The notes: generated by a model from the letters alone, not told the origin. DNA of 64,000 nucleotides from Dehalococcoidia bacterium (GCA_965242485.1 CBDESM010000003.1:1357362-1421361), one strand, 5' to 3'. Counted from the first letter of the stretch, positions 1-10,115 are shown. Program-made: numbers and translations.

Positions 1-155
1 GAGCCGGCGCGAAACGGCTCGCGTGCGCCCGTTGAGCACGAGATGGCGAACGTTGGAACCGGGATCGACGGCCCGTTCGATCTCGTCCAAATTCGAGACG
101 ACTAGATCGATTTGGCTGGCGCGGGAAGCGTTCATCAGCGCGGTGCCGCGGAACC

Positions 156-395
156 TCATTCGATGATCCGCAGCCCGTCGCGCATCGCCTTGAAGGCCGC
201 CAAATGCTCCACCGGCTGGGCATAGCGATCCCTCGTCACGAACGCTTCGTAGCCGTTGGCCAGCGCATAGTCGAACAGGACGGGATCGCTGCTGCCGGCC
301 AGCTGCAGCGACTCGACATGGGAGGCGTCGACGCCGCGGGCGCGCAACTCGGACTCCAGTTCGCGGGCCGCGCTCTCATCCACAAAGAAGCGCAT
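156..395 (-). CDS. DUF5615-like (PIN-fold, Mut7-C-like) small protein; putative toxin partner of the upstream HTH–DUF433 gene
   Basis: 79 aa. Clear paralogue of ORF 21333..21746, which starts MRLLLDENITPRL, a typical DUF5615 N-terminus. The two share the C-terminal motif ...AIDAMRKGLRIVE / ...AFKAMRDGLRIIE. Overlaps the upstream gene by 20 nt on the same strand. Confidence 0.55.
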   Translation of the reverse strand: MRFFVDESAARELESELRARGVDASHVESLQLAGSSDPVLFDYALANGYEAFVTRDRYAQPVEHLAAFKAMRDGLRIIE

Positions 396-1017
396 CGGCC
401 TGTCCGACCCCGCCCAATGCGCACTCGAATTCCACCGCTCGCCGCGCTTGATACGGCGTGATCCAATATGCAGCGGCGGCGGCCGCGTAGTCCCGCTTCG
501 AGCAGTACTCGGACAGCACGATCCACGTATCCACCCGCCTGCCCCGGAGCACCGGCAGGCAGCTGCGGCGGCCGGGGACCATCTCTACCGCGTCGGCGTA
601 CTCGTAGAGGCGGCCGAGCGGGCCTTCGTGCCAGCGCTCGGCGAAGAAGCGGTGCGCGTCGATCTGCTCGGGCAGCGCGTCGCGGATGCTGATCGGTACT
701 AGGTCGGTCGCCCAGCGGGCGCAGGTTGCGTCGAGGCGGGCGAGCGCGGCGGGCAGCTCCGCTTCCGGCAGGCCCAGCTCGAGCAGCTTGGCCGCGGCCA
801 GGATGCGGTGCAGGTCGTCCCAGTCGTAGTAGCGCGGCGGATCGTCGAACTCCGCCTGCATTTCCGGCGGTTCCCGGTTCTCCAGCGAGGCCGGCATCAG
901 CCCGCTCGCCCGCCACTGCTCCAGCCGCTCGAGGCTGAAGCCGGACAAGCCCGCGACGATCCGCGGGGTCAGCGCACCGTGCTGGTGCATCTCGTTTCCG
1001 GCCGGGTCGCAGCTCAT
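376..1017 (-). CDS. MerR-like HTH + C-terminal DUF433 domain protein (putative antitoxin/regulator of the DUF5615 gene)
   Basis: Start chosen at ATG 1017 (MSCDPAGN...), preceded by GGGAGGGG. This matches the MSCKEP start of the paralogue at 20723. The C-terminal YWITPYQARRAVEFE is a DUF433 signature. The N-terminal 'LSGFSLERLEQWRASGL...YYDWDDLHRILAAAKLLELGL' is MerR-type HTH-like. Paralogues at 20723 and 23503. Confidence 0.55.
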   Translation of the reverse strand: MSCDPAGNEMHQHGALTPRIVAGLSGFSLERLEQWRASGLMPASLENREPPEMQAEFDDPPRYYDWDDLHRILAAAKLLELGLPEAELPAALARLDATCARWATDLVPISIRDALPEQIDAHRFFAERWHEGPLGRLYEYADAVEMVPGRRSCLPVLRGRRVDTWIVLSEYCSKRDYAAAAAAYWITPYQARRAVEFECALGGVGQADALLCG

Positions 1018-1075
1018 CGGGCATCCCCTCCCGCGCGTGGCCCGATCAGCGTATCCGCGCGGGGCGGCCGCGGGC

Positions 1076-2305
1076 TCAGCCCAGCAGCAGCGGGATTTCC
1101 ATCTCTTCGGGGCGCAGGCCGGCGTGGTAGCCGCGCAGGCTGGAGATGCCGCTGCCACGGTCGCCGTAGAGGAGCACGTCGCGGCCCGGGCCGAGCGCGA
1201 CGTAGTCGCCGATCCGCTCGGCCGCCTCGGCGGAGATGCGGCCGGGGCCGAACAGCTCCAGCTGTTCCGCTTCGCCGCGCGAGAGCAGCGCCCAGCGCTC
1301 GCCCCAGCGTTCGCGGAATTTGGCGGCGAAGGTTTCGCCGGCGCCGGCGCGCGTGCAGAACATCGGCACCCGCGGCTCGCCGTGCGGGGGCAGGTGCAGA
1401 TCGTCCAGCAGCGGGTCGTCGTGCAGGATCACGTCCTTGCCCGCCTCGTCGACGCGCAGCGCGCCGTGGTCGGCGCTGACCGCGATCCGCGCGCGCCCGT
1501 CCAGTCGTTCCCTGAGCCGGGCCAGCGCGGCGTCGATCGCGTGCAGCGCGGCCAGCGCTTCGGGATGCTCGGGCCCGCGGCGGTGCGAGGCGGAATCAAG
1601 CATCGGCAGGTAGAGGTAGTGGATGCCGCCCTCGGCCTCGTCGATCAACCGCCGGCCGACGACGTCGACGGCGCTGCGCAGGTGCCGGTACGAGTCGGTC
1701 GGCCAATTGCCCCGTCCCCAGGAAGTGAACTCGCTGTCGGCGATCGCGGCCGGGTGGTAGGTGCGCAACGGACCGGGCATGGCCGCGAGCCGGGACGGGC
1801 AGGGGAACGCTTCGCGCGGGCCGACCCCGAAGCGCTGCAGGCGCCGCTCGGAGGCGCGGTCGATGAACGGCAGGATCGTCGCCGTGACGCCGCGGCGGTG
1901 CAGGTGCGTGAACCAGGACGGAACGGCGTGGCGCGAGGGCCATTCGCCGGTCGCGATCGCGGAGAGCGCGGCCGCGGTCGTCGAGGGGAAGACGGAGCGC
2001 AACGGGATGCGCTCCGCCCGCGCGAAGAACGAGGGCCCGCAGCCGTGCCGCTCGTCGTCGCAGACGTGGTCGAGGAAGACGTCGCCCAAGCCGTCGACGA
2101 GCACGAACAGGAGCGGGCGGTCGGCGCCGATCCGTTCGACCAGCGCGGCGGCGGCGCGGTCGCCGGGACCGAGCGGCAGGCCGCCGATCCGCGCGAGGGC
2201 GCGGGCCAGGTCCACCGTGGTGGGCGGCCCGCCGGCGGGGTGCAGGAGCTCGCCGTCCGCGAGCCAGCGCTCGACCCGTTCGCGGTCGGACCCGGCCCGG
2301 CTCAC
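1076..2305 (-). CDS. Alkaline-phosphatase-superfamily type I phosphodiesterase / nucleotide pyrophosphatase family protein
   Basis: 409 aa. Motifs LLFVLVDGLG and VFPSTTAAALSAIATGEWPSRHAV are typical of the NPP/PF01663 metal-binding core. Confidence 0.6.
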   Translation of the reverse strand: MSRAGSDRERVERWLADGELLHPAGGPPTTVDLARALARIGGLPLGPGDRAAAALVERIGADRPLLFVLVDGLGDVFLDHVCDDERHGCGPSFFARAERIPLRSVFPSTTAAALSAIATGEWPSRHAVPSWFTHLHRRGVTATILPFIDRASERRLQRFGVGPREAFPCPSRLAAMPGPLRTYHPAAIADSEFTSWGRGNWPTDSYRHLRSAVDVVGRRLIDEAEGGIHYLYLPMLDSASHRRGPEHPEALAALHAIDAALARLRERLDGRARIAVSADHGALRVDEAGKDVILHDDPLLDDLHLPPHGEPRVPMFCTRAGAGETFAAKFRERWGERWALLSRGEAEQLELFGPGRISAEAAERIGDYVALGPGRDVLLYGDRGSGISSLRGYHAGLRPEEMEIPLLLG

Positions 2306-2341
2306 GCGACGGCCCTTCCGCCGCGGCTCGCGGCGGCCCGG

Positions 2342-3199
2342 CTAGATCTGCGAATAGCCGGTGCCGGGCGCGTCGACGCCGGTGCCGGCGGGGGTCTTGC
2401 CGCCCATGTCCCAGCCGAACTCCTTCAGGATCTGCTGCGAGTAGGTGACGCGGCCGGTGACCTGGTCGAGCGGCTCGGAGGCGAGCAGCAGCGCGGCCTG
2501 CGCCATGATCTCGACGCTCTCGGCGTCGTTCGGGTCGCGGCCCTCCATCAGGCGGTGGTGGACGACGCCGGGCGTGGGCACGATCTGGGAGGGGCTGTAG
2601 CAGCTGACGGAGACGCCGAACTGGTAGACCTCGGAGGCGAGCCCCTGGGTGAAGCGTTCGAGCGCGGCCTTTTCCGCGCCGTAGAGCGAGCCGCCGCCGC
2701 CGTCGCCCTCGTAGGGGCCGCGGCCGGGGCCGATCGCGGCGGCGCTGGAGACGTTGACGATGGCGCCCGTCTTGCGCTCGATCATGCCGCCCTCGTTGAG
2801 GCAGAGCTGCGACATGTAGAAGGGGCCGTGGAAGTTGACCGCGGTCGAGCGCAGCCAGCGGTTGACGGGGAAGTCCTTGACCGGGATGAAGTAGGTCAGG
2901 GCCGCGTTGTTGACGAGGATGTCGGGCGGGCCGTAGGTATCGATGCACTGCTGCACGATCTGGGCGCACTCGTCGTACTCGGAGACGTTGCCGGCGACGG
3001 CGGTCGCCTCGCCGCCGGCGTCCTTGATGTTCTTGATCGTCATCTCGAGCGAGCCGGGCAGGGGGTGGGTGCCCTCCTCGAGGGTGCGGGCCGTCGCGAT
3101 CACCTGCGCGCCCTCGGCCGCGAAGCATTCCGCGATCGCCGCGCCGATCCCGCGGCTCGCGCCGGTCACGATCGCCGTCTTGCCGTCCAACTTGCCCAT
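2342..3199 (-). CDS. SDR family oxidoreductase
   Basis: Start MGKLDGKTAIVTGASRGIGAAIA (TGxxxGIG Rossmann motif), AAGGAG RBS upstream. NNAA and YxxxK-type SDR core present. Confidence 0.75.
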   Translation of the reverse strand: MGKLDGKTAIVTGASRGIGAAIAECFAAEGAQVIATARTLEEGTHPLPGSLEMTIKNIKDAGGEATAVAGNVSEYDECAQIVQQCIDTYGPPDILVNNAALTYFIPVKDFPVNRWLRSTAVNFHGPFYMSQLCLNEGGMIERKTGAIVNVSSAAAIGPGRGPYEGDGGGGSLYGAEKAALERFTQGLASEVYQFGVSVSCYSPSQIVPTPGVVHHRLMEGRDPNDAESVEIMAQAALLLASEPLDQVTGRVTYSQQILKEFGWDMGGKTPAGTGVDAPGTGYSQI

Positions 3200-3261
3200 G
3201 CTGCTGCTCCTTGAATTGCGGGGGGATGCGGGGAGCATAACGGGCGGCGCGGCCGGAGCGG

Positions 3262-4440
3262 TCAGGTTCCGGCCCGCTGCCAGCGCGCGCCCGGCTCGAT
3301 CCGCCGCCGCGCCAGCCGGGCGAGCGCGGCAAACGCGCCGACGCCGATGCCGAGCCGAGCGCGGAGGCCCGCGTAGGTGGCGTCGCCGCGCGTGATCCGG
3401 CAGCAGGTGCGCCAGAAGCGATCGGAGTGCTGGAGCAGGCGCACGTAGGGCCAGGGCAGCGCGTGGAACAGCGCTTGGAGATCGCGGGCGGCGGCCAGCT
3501 CGGGCTCGATCTCGCGCTCGACCGCCGCCGCGTAGGCGCGGAAGTCCGCTTCCTCGCCGGCGATGATCCGCAGCGCCGCCGCGGCCGCCAGCCGGCCGGA
3601 GCGGATCGCGTTGCCGATGCCCTCGCCGGAGAGCGGGTCGATCAGCCCGGCCGCGTCGCCGACGAGGGCGGCGCGGCCGGCGTGGAGCGCGTCGCCGGGG
3701 TCGCGCAGGGGCAGGTGGTGGCCGCGCAGGCCCGACAGCCCGCCGCCGTCGAAGCCCTCGCTGCCGGCGTAGTCGGCCAGCTCGCGGCGCAGGCCGCCGG
3801 CGATGGCGGGGAAGCCGCCGACGCCGAGGTTGCAGTGGTCGCCCTTGGGGAAGACCCAGCCGTAGCCGCCGGCGAGGCTGCCCAAATCGAGGCCGACGTG
3901 CTCGCTCCAGCGCCCGCCGGGGCCGCCGGAGGCGCGCGCGGCGTTGGCCTCGATCGCGACGGCGGCACGCATGCGGGGCAGCCCCAGCGCGGCGCGGCAG
4001 GCCCCGTTCGCCCCGTCCGCGCCGATGATCGCGTCGGCCGAGAACGCGCCGTCGTCCGTGTGCACCGTCGTCCCCTCGAGCCCGCGGACGGCGATGCCCT
4101 GGCGGAATTCGGCGCCGGCCGCGGCCGCCCGCTCGGCCATGTAGGCGTCGAGCCGGGAGCGCTGGGTCATCAGCACCAGCGGCTCCGCGAAGTCGTGCTC
4201 GTACTCGCGCCCGCGGCGGTAGCGGACGCGGAAGCCGCGGATCTCGCGTTCGACGACCGGGTCCAGCGGATAGGGCAGCGCCTTGGCGGCGCTGATCAGC
4301 ACGCCGCCGCCGCAGGGCTTGTCGCGCGGGAAGGCGGCCCGGTCGAGCATCAGCACGCGCGCGCCGGCGGCGGCGAGGTCGTAGGCCGCGCTGGAGCCGG
4401 CCGGCCCCGCGCCGACGATGATCGCGTCGTAGCGGCTCAT
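3262..4440 (-). CDS. Geranylgeranyl reductase family FAD-dependent oxidoreductase
   Basis: Start MSRYDAIIVGAGPAGSSAAYDLA (GxGxxG FAD motif). FPRDKPCGGG and GDAAGLIDPLSGEGI motifs. ATGA overlap with plsY stop. The N-terminal 117 codons of the listed ORF are antisense-type extension. Confidence 0.75.
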   Translation of the reverse strand: MSRYDAIIVGAGPAGSSAAYDLAAAGARVLMLDRAAFPRDKPCGGGVLISAAKALPYPLDPVVEREIRGFRVRYRRGREYEHDFAEPLVLMTQRSRLDAYMAERAAAAGAEFRQGIAVRGLEGTTVHTDDGAFSADAIIGADGANGACRAALGLPRMRAAVAIEANAARASGGPGGRWSEHVGLDLGSLAGGYGWVFPKGDHCNLGVGGFPAIAGGLRRELADYAGSEGFDGGGLSGLRGHHLPLRDPGDALHAGRAALVGDAAGLIDPLSGEGIGNAIRSGRLAAAAALRIIAGEEADFRAYAAAVEREIEPELAAARDLQALFHALPWPYVRLLQHSDRFWRTCCRITRGDATYAGLRARLGIGVGAFAALARLARRRIEPGARWQRAGT

Positions 4441-5033
4441 CGCTCCGCCGCCCCGGCCGGGGCGGCCGCGCCGCGCTCGCGCAGGACCTTGTCGATTCCC
4501 GCCTTGAGGCCGGCCGCGATCGGCGCGGCGAAGCAGAAGCCGATCGCCGCGGGCGGGGCGCCGAAGGCGATCGCGAGGAAGGGCAGCGGCGCGGAGACGA
4601 GCAGGATGCCGAGCTCGGCCTTGCGCGTGATCAGGTAGACGATGCCGCCGACGACGAAGGTGGCGCCGAACTGGAGCGGCAGGAACGCGCCGGAAGCGCC
4701 GAGCGAGGCGGCCGCGGCGCGCCCGCCGTTGAAGCGCAGGAAGATCGGGAACATGTGCCCGGCCATGACCAGCGCGCCGGCCGCGGCCCACCAGCCGTGC
4801 TCGAGCCCGGCCCAGCGCGCGATCGAGACCGCGAGCAGGCCCTTGCCGATGTCGGCCAGGATGATGCCGACACCCGCGGCCTGGCCCGCGCCCTCGCGGG
4901 CCGCGTTGGCCGCGCCCACGTTGCCGTCGCCGGCGCGCCGCAGGTCCCCGCCCGTGAGCGCGCGGAAGACGAGCCAGGCGACGGGAATCGAGCCGAGCAG
5001 GTAGGCGGCTGCCAGGACGCCGGCCTCGGTCAC
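4437..5033 (-). CDS. plsY: Glycerol-3-phosphate acyltransferase PlsY
   Basis: 198 aa, multi-TM. GSIPVAWLVFRAL...GDGNVGAANA matches the PlsY signature. Confidence 0.8.
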   Translation of the reverse strand: MTEAGVLAAAYLLGSIPVAWLVFRALTGGDLRRAGDGNVGAANAAREGAGQAAGVGIILADIGKGLLAVSIARWAGLEHGWWAAAGALVMAGHMFPIFLRFNGGRAAAASLGASGAFLPLQFGATFVVGGIVYLITRKAELGILLVSAPLPFLAIAFGAPPAAIGFCFAAPIAAGLKAGIDKVLRERGAAAPAGAAER

Positions 5034-5076
5034 GGCCGGCTCCGCCGCCCCCGCCCGAACGCGCCGGCCGCCACCG

Positions 5077-6009
5077 TCAGTTCTGGCCGTCGTAGACGGG
5101 CGTGATCCAGTGCGCGTAGGCGTCGAGCCGGCCCAGGATCGCGTCGAAGAAGAGCCGCTGCAGCTGGCCGGTCACGTGCCCGATGCCGCCGTCGCCGACC
5201 TGCCGCCGGTCGACCGAGAGCAGCGGCGTCACGTGCGCCGCCGTGCCCGTCATGAACACCTCGTCGGCCAGCCAGAGCTCGCTGCGGTCGATCGAGCGCT
5301 CGACCGTCTCGATCCCCAGTTCCGTGCGGGCGAGCTCGATCACGGTGGCGCGGGTGATGCCGACGAGGATGTTGTCGCTCGAAGGCGGCGTGTAGATCAC
5401 GCCGTCCTGCACCATGAAGATGTTCTCGCCCGAACCTTCCGAGACGCTGCCGTCGTGGTTCAGCATGATCGCCTCGTCGAAGCCGTGGTGCACCGCCTCG
5501 GTGTTGGCCAAGGCCGAGTTGATGTAGACCCCGTTGACCTTCAGCCGCACCGGGATCGAGGTGTCGTCGGCCCGCCGCCAGGACGAGGTCATCACGTGCA
5601 CGCCGGCGTTGGTGTCGAGGTACGCGCCGAAGGGGGCGACGAACGCGAGGAAGTCGTCCTCGACGTCGTGCAGCCGCACGCCCAGGACCTCCTGCGACTT
5701 GTAGACCATCGGTCGGACGTAGCAGTCCTCCTTGAGGCCCGAGGCGGCGACCATCTCGTGGGTCAGCGCGCAGAGCTCGTCCTCGCTGTAGCGCAGCGGC
5801 ATCATCAGCCCGTGCGCCGATTTGCGTAGGCGCTGGTAGTGCTCGCGCATGCGGAAGAGGTAGAGCTGCTCGGTTTCCGCATTCCAGTTGGCGCGGATGC
5901 CCTCGAAGACCGCGGTGCCGTAGTTGAAGGCGTGGGTCATGACCCCGATCTTGGCGTCGGCGAGCGGCATCAATTCGCCGCGTAGGTGGGCCATCGGCGT
6001 GCCGGGCAT
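5077..6009 (-). CDS. ilvE: Branched-chain amino acid aminotransferase
   Basis: Start MPGTPMAHLRGEL with GGAGGAA RBS. Class IV aminotransferase features (FEGIRA, yeast-like VRPMVYKS). Confidence 0.8.
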   Translation of the reverse strand: MPGTPMAHLRGELMPLADAKIGVMTHAFNYGTAVFEGIRANWNAETEQLYLFRMREHYQRLRKSAHGLMMPLRYSEDELCALTHEMVAASGLKEDCYVRPMVYKSQEVLGVRLHDVEDDFLAFVAPFGAYLDTNAGVHVMTSSWRRADDTSIPVRLKVNGVYINSALANTEAVHHGFDEAIMLNHDGSVSEGSGENIFMVQDGVIYTPPSSDNILVGITRATVIELARTELGIETVERSIDRSELWLADEVFMTGTAAHVTPLLSVDRRQVGDGGIGHVTGQLQRLFFDAILGRLDAYAHWITPVYDGQN

Positions 6010-6128
6010 GGGCGGTTCCTCCGCTGGGCGCCGCAGGGTTCGCTCCCGCGCGCGGCATGGGACTCGGTGCGGCTCAGCATATCGCGCGGCTGCCCCGCCA
6101 CCGCGCCCGGCCTTCCCGCCCGCTCCCG

Positions 6129-6557
6129 CTAGGCCTCCAGGATCATCTGCGTCTGCGTCACCTGCGCCAGCAGCTTGCCCTCGGCGCTGAGGATCGTCGT
6201 CTGCCAGACGTGCGTGCGGCGGCCGCGGTGCAGCGGGCGGCACTCGCCCCGCACGGTCTCGCCCTCGCGCCCGCCGCGGAAGAAATTCGTCTTCGATTCG
6301 ATCGTCGTCGTGCCCGAGCCGTCCGGCGCGCTGATCATCGTCGCCAGCGCCCCCAGCGTGTCGGCGAAGGCCATGATCGCGCCCCCGTGCAGCAGCCCCG
6401 GCGCCGTGCAGAGCTCCCGCCGCACCTCCAGCTCGCCCGCGATCAGGTCCGGCTCGACCGAAACCAGCCGGATGCCCAGCAGCTCGGGCAGCAGCCCCCG
6501 CATCCGCTCGTACAGCGGCTCCAGCGCGATCTCCCCGCCGCCGGCCCCTTTCGCCAT
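6129..6557 (-). CDS. PaaI/hotdog-fold thioesterase
   Basis: 142 aa, MAKGAGGGEIALEPLYERMRGLLPELLGIRLV...LHGGAIMAFADTLGA...; typical PaaI family. The upstream part of the listed ORF is extension. Confidence 0.7.
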   Translation of the reverse strand: MAKGAGGGEIALEPLYERMRGLLPELLGIRLVSVEPDLIAGELEVRRELCTAPGLLHGGAIMAFADTLGALATMISAPDGSGTTTIESKTNFFRGGREGETVRGECRPLHRGRRTHVWQTTILSAEGKLLAQVTQTQMILEA

Positions 6558-6593
6558 GCCGGGCACGATACCGCCGCGTGGTACCGTCGCGGC

Positions 6594-7499
6594 ATGCCGG
6601 GCAGCCCCGTGTACCGCGTCGGTTCGCGCGAGATCAAAGTCGTCTCCGACGGCGTGATTATGCTCGACGCCGGCGCCGTCTTCGGCCTCGTGCCCAAGGT
6701 GATGTGGTCGCGCGTGATCGACGGCACCAACGAACTCAACCAGATCCCGCTCGCGCTCAACTGCCTGCTGACCGAATCCGACGGCAAGATCGTGCTGATC
6801 GAAACCGGCCAGGGCGACAAGGATTTCGAGCAGATCCGCAAGCGCGGCGGCGAAGTCAAGCACGGCATGCTGCTGCGCGACCTCGCCCGCAACGGCGTCC
6901 GCCCCGAAGACGTCGACATCGTGATCAATACGCACCTGCACAACGACCACGTCGGCTGGAACACCGTCGCCGACACCGGCGCCGAGGGCGGCGGCCACCG
7001 TGCCACCTTCCCCAACGCGCGCTACTACGTGCAGCGTGGCGAGTGGGTCGAGGCGATGCACCCCAACGAGCGCACCCGCGCCACTTACCTAGCCGAAAAC
7101 CTCGTCCCGGTCGAGGAAGCCGGCCAGATCGAGTTCGTCGACGGCGAGGCCCGGATCACCTCCGACATCAAGATGATCGAGACGCCCGGCCACACCGCCG
7201 ACCACGCCGCGGTGGTGATCTCCAACGGCGGCGAAACCGCCGTCTACATGGGCGACATGATCCAGCACGAAGTCCAGCTCGAGCGCGTCGCCTGGCTCTC
7301 CGCCTTCGACGTGCTGCCGCTGGTCAACCTCGAAACCAAGAAGCGGCTGATCGCCGAGGCGATCGCCGGCAACCACCTGCTGATCGCGGTCCACAACGCC
7401 TTCCCCGGCGCCGGCCGCCTCGCCCGCACCGAAAACGGGCGCAGCAGGTGGACGGCCGAGCCGCCGCACGCGACCGCGACCGCAGCGGAGGTGGACTGA
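6594..7499 (+). CDS. MBL-fold metallo-hydrolase (lactonase-like)
   Basis: Start MPGSPVYRV. HxHxDH motif (INTHLHNDHVGWN), later GHTADH and a downstream His. Confidence 0.65.
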   Translation: MPGSPVYRVGSREIKVVSDGVIMLDAGAVFGLVPKVMWSRVIDGTNELNQIPLALNCLLTESDGKIVLIETGQGDKDFEQIRKRGGEVKHGMLLRDLARNGVRPEDVDIVINTHLHNDHVGWNTVADTGAEGGGHRATFPNARYYVQRGEWVEAMHPNERTRATYLAENLVPVEEAGQIEFVDGEARITSDIKMIETPGHTADHAAVVISNGGETAVYMGDMIQHEVQLERVAWLSAFDVLPLVNLETKKRLIAEAIAGNHLLIAVHNAFPGAGRLARTENGRSRWTAEPPHATATAAEVD

Positions 7500-7502
7500 C
7501 CC

Positions 7503-8165
7503 ATGCCCTTCGGAAACCCGCTCGGACCCACCGGCGACCCGATGATGGACCCGCAGGCGGCCATGGCCAGCCTGCCCAAGCCGCGCACCAAGGTCTGGCG
7601 CGAAGAGCGGCTCGTCGACGACGTCTTCCTCGCCTACCTCGACAAGACCGCAGTCCTGCCCGAGCCCGATCTGGTCTGCCGCGTCTTCCTCGTCCTGCGC
7701 CGCGGCGAGCGCCACCTCGCCGTCCGCCTCGGCGACCGCCGCCAGCCGTGGCAGCTGCCCGTGCTCGAGCCCGAGATCACCCCCGCCGTGGAGGACGACG
7801 AGGCCGATATCGAAGCGATGCAGGACGACCGCCGCGAACGGCTCGGCGCGATGCTCTCGAGCGCCCTCGCCGATACTTGGCAGATCCCGCTCGCCGGCTG
7901 GCGCCAGTTCTCGCGCTTCCAGATGACCGCCAAGCAGAACCAGGACCAGTACGAGCCCGGCGCGCGGCGCTACGAGATCGTCGTGGTCGGCGAGTGCGGC
8001 GAACCCGATCAATTGGCCGAAGGAACCGAGTGGACCCGCCGCTTCCTGCGCCCGCGCGACATGAACAAGATCCTGCGCGAGCGCTACTTCGACAAGCCCG
8101 AGCTGATGCAGGCCCACGAGCGCCAGGTGATCGAAGCCCTCTCGGCCGCTGCGGCGGCCGGCTGA
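7503..8165 (+). CDS. Hypothetical protein
   Basis: 220 aa with protein-like composition (W/Y/F/K present); the antisense frames are R/G/A-rich. No family recognised. Confidence 0.45.
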   Translation: MPFGNPLGPTGDPMMDPQAAMASLPKPRTKVWREERLVDDVFLAYLDKTAVLPEPDLVCRVFLVLRRGERHLAVRLGDRRQPWQLPVLEPEITPAVEDDEADIEAMQDDRRERLGAMLSSALADTWQIPLAGWRQFSRFQMTAKQNQDQYEPGARRYEIVVVGECGEPDQLAEGTEWTRRFLRPRDMNKILRERYFDKPELMQAHERQVIEALSAAAAAG

Positions 8166-8435
8166 GGCGGCGCTGCTAGACTGGGCTTGTCATGGATGTC
8201 ATGGATGCCGTCATGAACACTGCGAGGCTTCCGCGCGGCGCTTCCGGCCGCGCCCCGTTCATCGCCCGGCCGCTCGTCGCTGTACCCGGCGGTTCCGCGC
8301 GACGCGCCCGCGGCTGAGAGCGCCGCGCGCATCGCCGCGGAACCAGCGCCGGTCGCGGGGCCGGCGCTCGCCGTTCCACCCGCCATCGCCTCCTCTCCCG
8401 CCCAGCGCGGAAGCCCCTCCGAACAGGAACGAACC
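8166..8435 (+). promoter_or_regulatory. Candidate ilvBNC leader/attenuator region
   Basis: 270-nt untranslated gap before ilvB. Contains a 41-codon small ORF (MDVMDAVMNTARLP...), a near-tandem 'gtcatggat' repeat, and two GC-rich palindromes (gcgccgg-N8-ccggcgc; ggttccgcg...cgcggaacc). Confidence 0.25.
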
Positions 8436-10115
8436 ATGCGAATGTCCGGCGCCGACATCCTGATGCACTGCCTCCGCGCCGAAGGCGTCGAGATCTTCTT
8501 CGGCTACCCCGGCGGCGTCGTCCTGCCGCTCTACAACCGGCTCGGCGACTACCCCGACATCAAGCACGTGCTGGTCCGCCACGAGCAGGCCGCGGCCCAC
8601 GCCGCCGACGGCTACGCCCGCGTTTCCGGCAAGATCGGCGTCTGCCTCGCCACCTCCGGCCCCGGCGCCACCAACCTCGTCACCGGCATCACCACCGCCT
8701 ACATGGACTCCGTCCCGATGGTCGTGATCACCGGCAACGTCGCCCGCGACCTGATCGGCCGCGACGGCTTCCAGGAGGCCGACATCACCGGCATCACCCT
8801 GCCGATCACCAAGCACAACTACCTGCTGATGCGGGCCAACGAGATCGCCCCCGCGGTCAAGGAAGCCTTCCACATCGCCGGCACCGGCCGCACCGGCCCG
8901 GTCCTCGTCGACATCCCCAAGGACGTCTTCATCGAAGAGGCCGAGTGGGACGGATACCCCCGCGAAGTCTCGCTGCGCGGCTACCCGGCCATGGACATCC
9001 CCCGCGCCGACGAGGTGGCCAAGGCGGCCGACGCGATCAACGCGGCCGAGAAGCCGATCATCATCGCCGGCCAGGGCGTCGTCGCCTCGGGCGCCGCGGC
9101 CGAACTGAAGCAGCTCGCCGAATCGGCCGACATCCCCGTGCTCACCACCCTGCTCGGCATCTCCGGCTTCCCCGACACCCACGAGCTCTCCTTCGGCTTC
9201 CTCGGCATGCACGGCAACTACTACGCCAACATGGCCGCCGACCGCGCCGACGTCGTGATCGGCATCGGCATGCGCTTCGACGACCGCGCCATGGGCCGCT
9301 TCGCCGACTTCAACCCCGGCGCCAAAATCGTCCACATCGACATCGACCCGGCCGAGATCGGCAAGAACTTCGAGACCCACGCGCCCGTCAACGGCGACGT
9401 CCGCGAGACGCTCGCGCGGCTGCTGCCCCAGCTCGACGCCGCCTCGCGCCCCGAATGGCGGGCCGAGATCGAGGCGATCAAGGCCGACCACCCGACCGAC
9501 TACATCGAAGAGGGCACTGACGTCACCGGCCCCTGGCTGGTCCAGGCCCTGGCCGAGGAAACCGACGGCGCGGCCACCATCGTCACCGGGGTCGGCCAGC
9601 ACCAGATGTGGGCGGCGCAGTACTACCCCTACTCGACCCCGCGCCAGTGGGCCACCAGCGGCGGCCTCGGCACGATGGGCTACGAAGTCCCCGCCGCCAT
9701 GGGCGCCCAGTTCGCCCAGAAGGAGCCGGTCTGGTCGATCTGCGGCGACGGCGGCTTCCAGATGACCTCGCAGGAGCTGCAGACCGTGCGCGAGCACGAC
9801 CTGCCCGTGCGCTACGCGATCTTCAACAACCACTACCTCGGCATGGTCCGCCAGTGGCAGGAGCTGTTCTACGAGAACAACTACCACTCGGTCGACTTGG
9901 GCCAGCCCGACTTCCTCAAGCTGGCCGACGCCTACGGCATCCCCGGCCTGCGCGCCGAAACCCGCGCCGAAGCCCGCCAGGTGCTGCGCGAGGCCAACGC
10001 GGCCGAGGGCCCCGTCGTGATCGACTTCCGCCTCCAGCCCGAGGAGAACGTCTGGCCGATGGTCCCGGCCGGCGCCGCGCTCTCCGAAACCATCGAATCC
10101 CCGGCCGAGCTCTAG
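8436..10115 (+). CDS. ilvB: Acetolactate synthase large subunit
   Basis: 559 aa; TPP enzyme with GYPGG...ATSGPGATN...GDG motifs, followed by ilvN and ilvC. Confidence 0.9.
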   Translation: MRMSGADILMHCLRAEGVEIFFGYPGGVVLPLYNRLGDYPDIKHVLVRHEQAAAHAADGYARVSGKIGVCLATSGPGATNLVTGITTAYMDSVPMVVITGNVARDLIGRDGFQEADITGITLPITKHNYLLMRANEIAPAVKEAFHIAGTGRTGPVLVDIPKDVFIEEAEWDGYPREVSLRGYPAMDIPRADEVAKAADAINAAEKPIIIAGQGVVASGAAAELKQLAESADIPVLTTLLGISGFPDTHELSFGFLGMHGNYYANMAADRADVVIGIGMRFDDRAMGRFADFNPGAKIVHIDIDPAEIGKNFETHAPVNGDVRETLARLLPQLDAASRPEWRAEIEAIKADHPTDYIEEGTDVTGPWLVQALAEETDGAATIVTGVGQHQMWAAQYYPYSTPRQWATSGGLGTMGYEVPAAMGAQFAQKEPVWSICGDGGFQMTSQELQTVREHDLPVRYAIFNNHYLGMVRQWQELFYENNYHSVDLGQPDFLKLADAYGIPGLRAETRAEARQVLREANAAEGPVVIDFRLQPEENVWPMVPAGAALSETIESPAEL

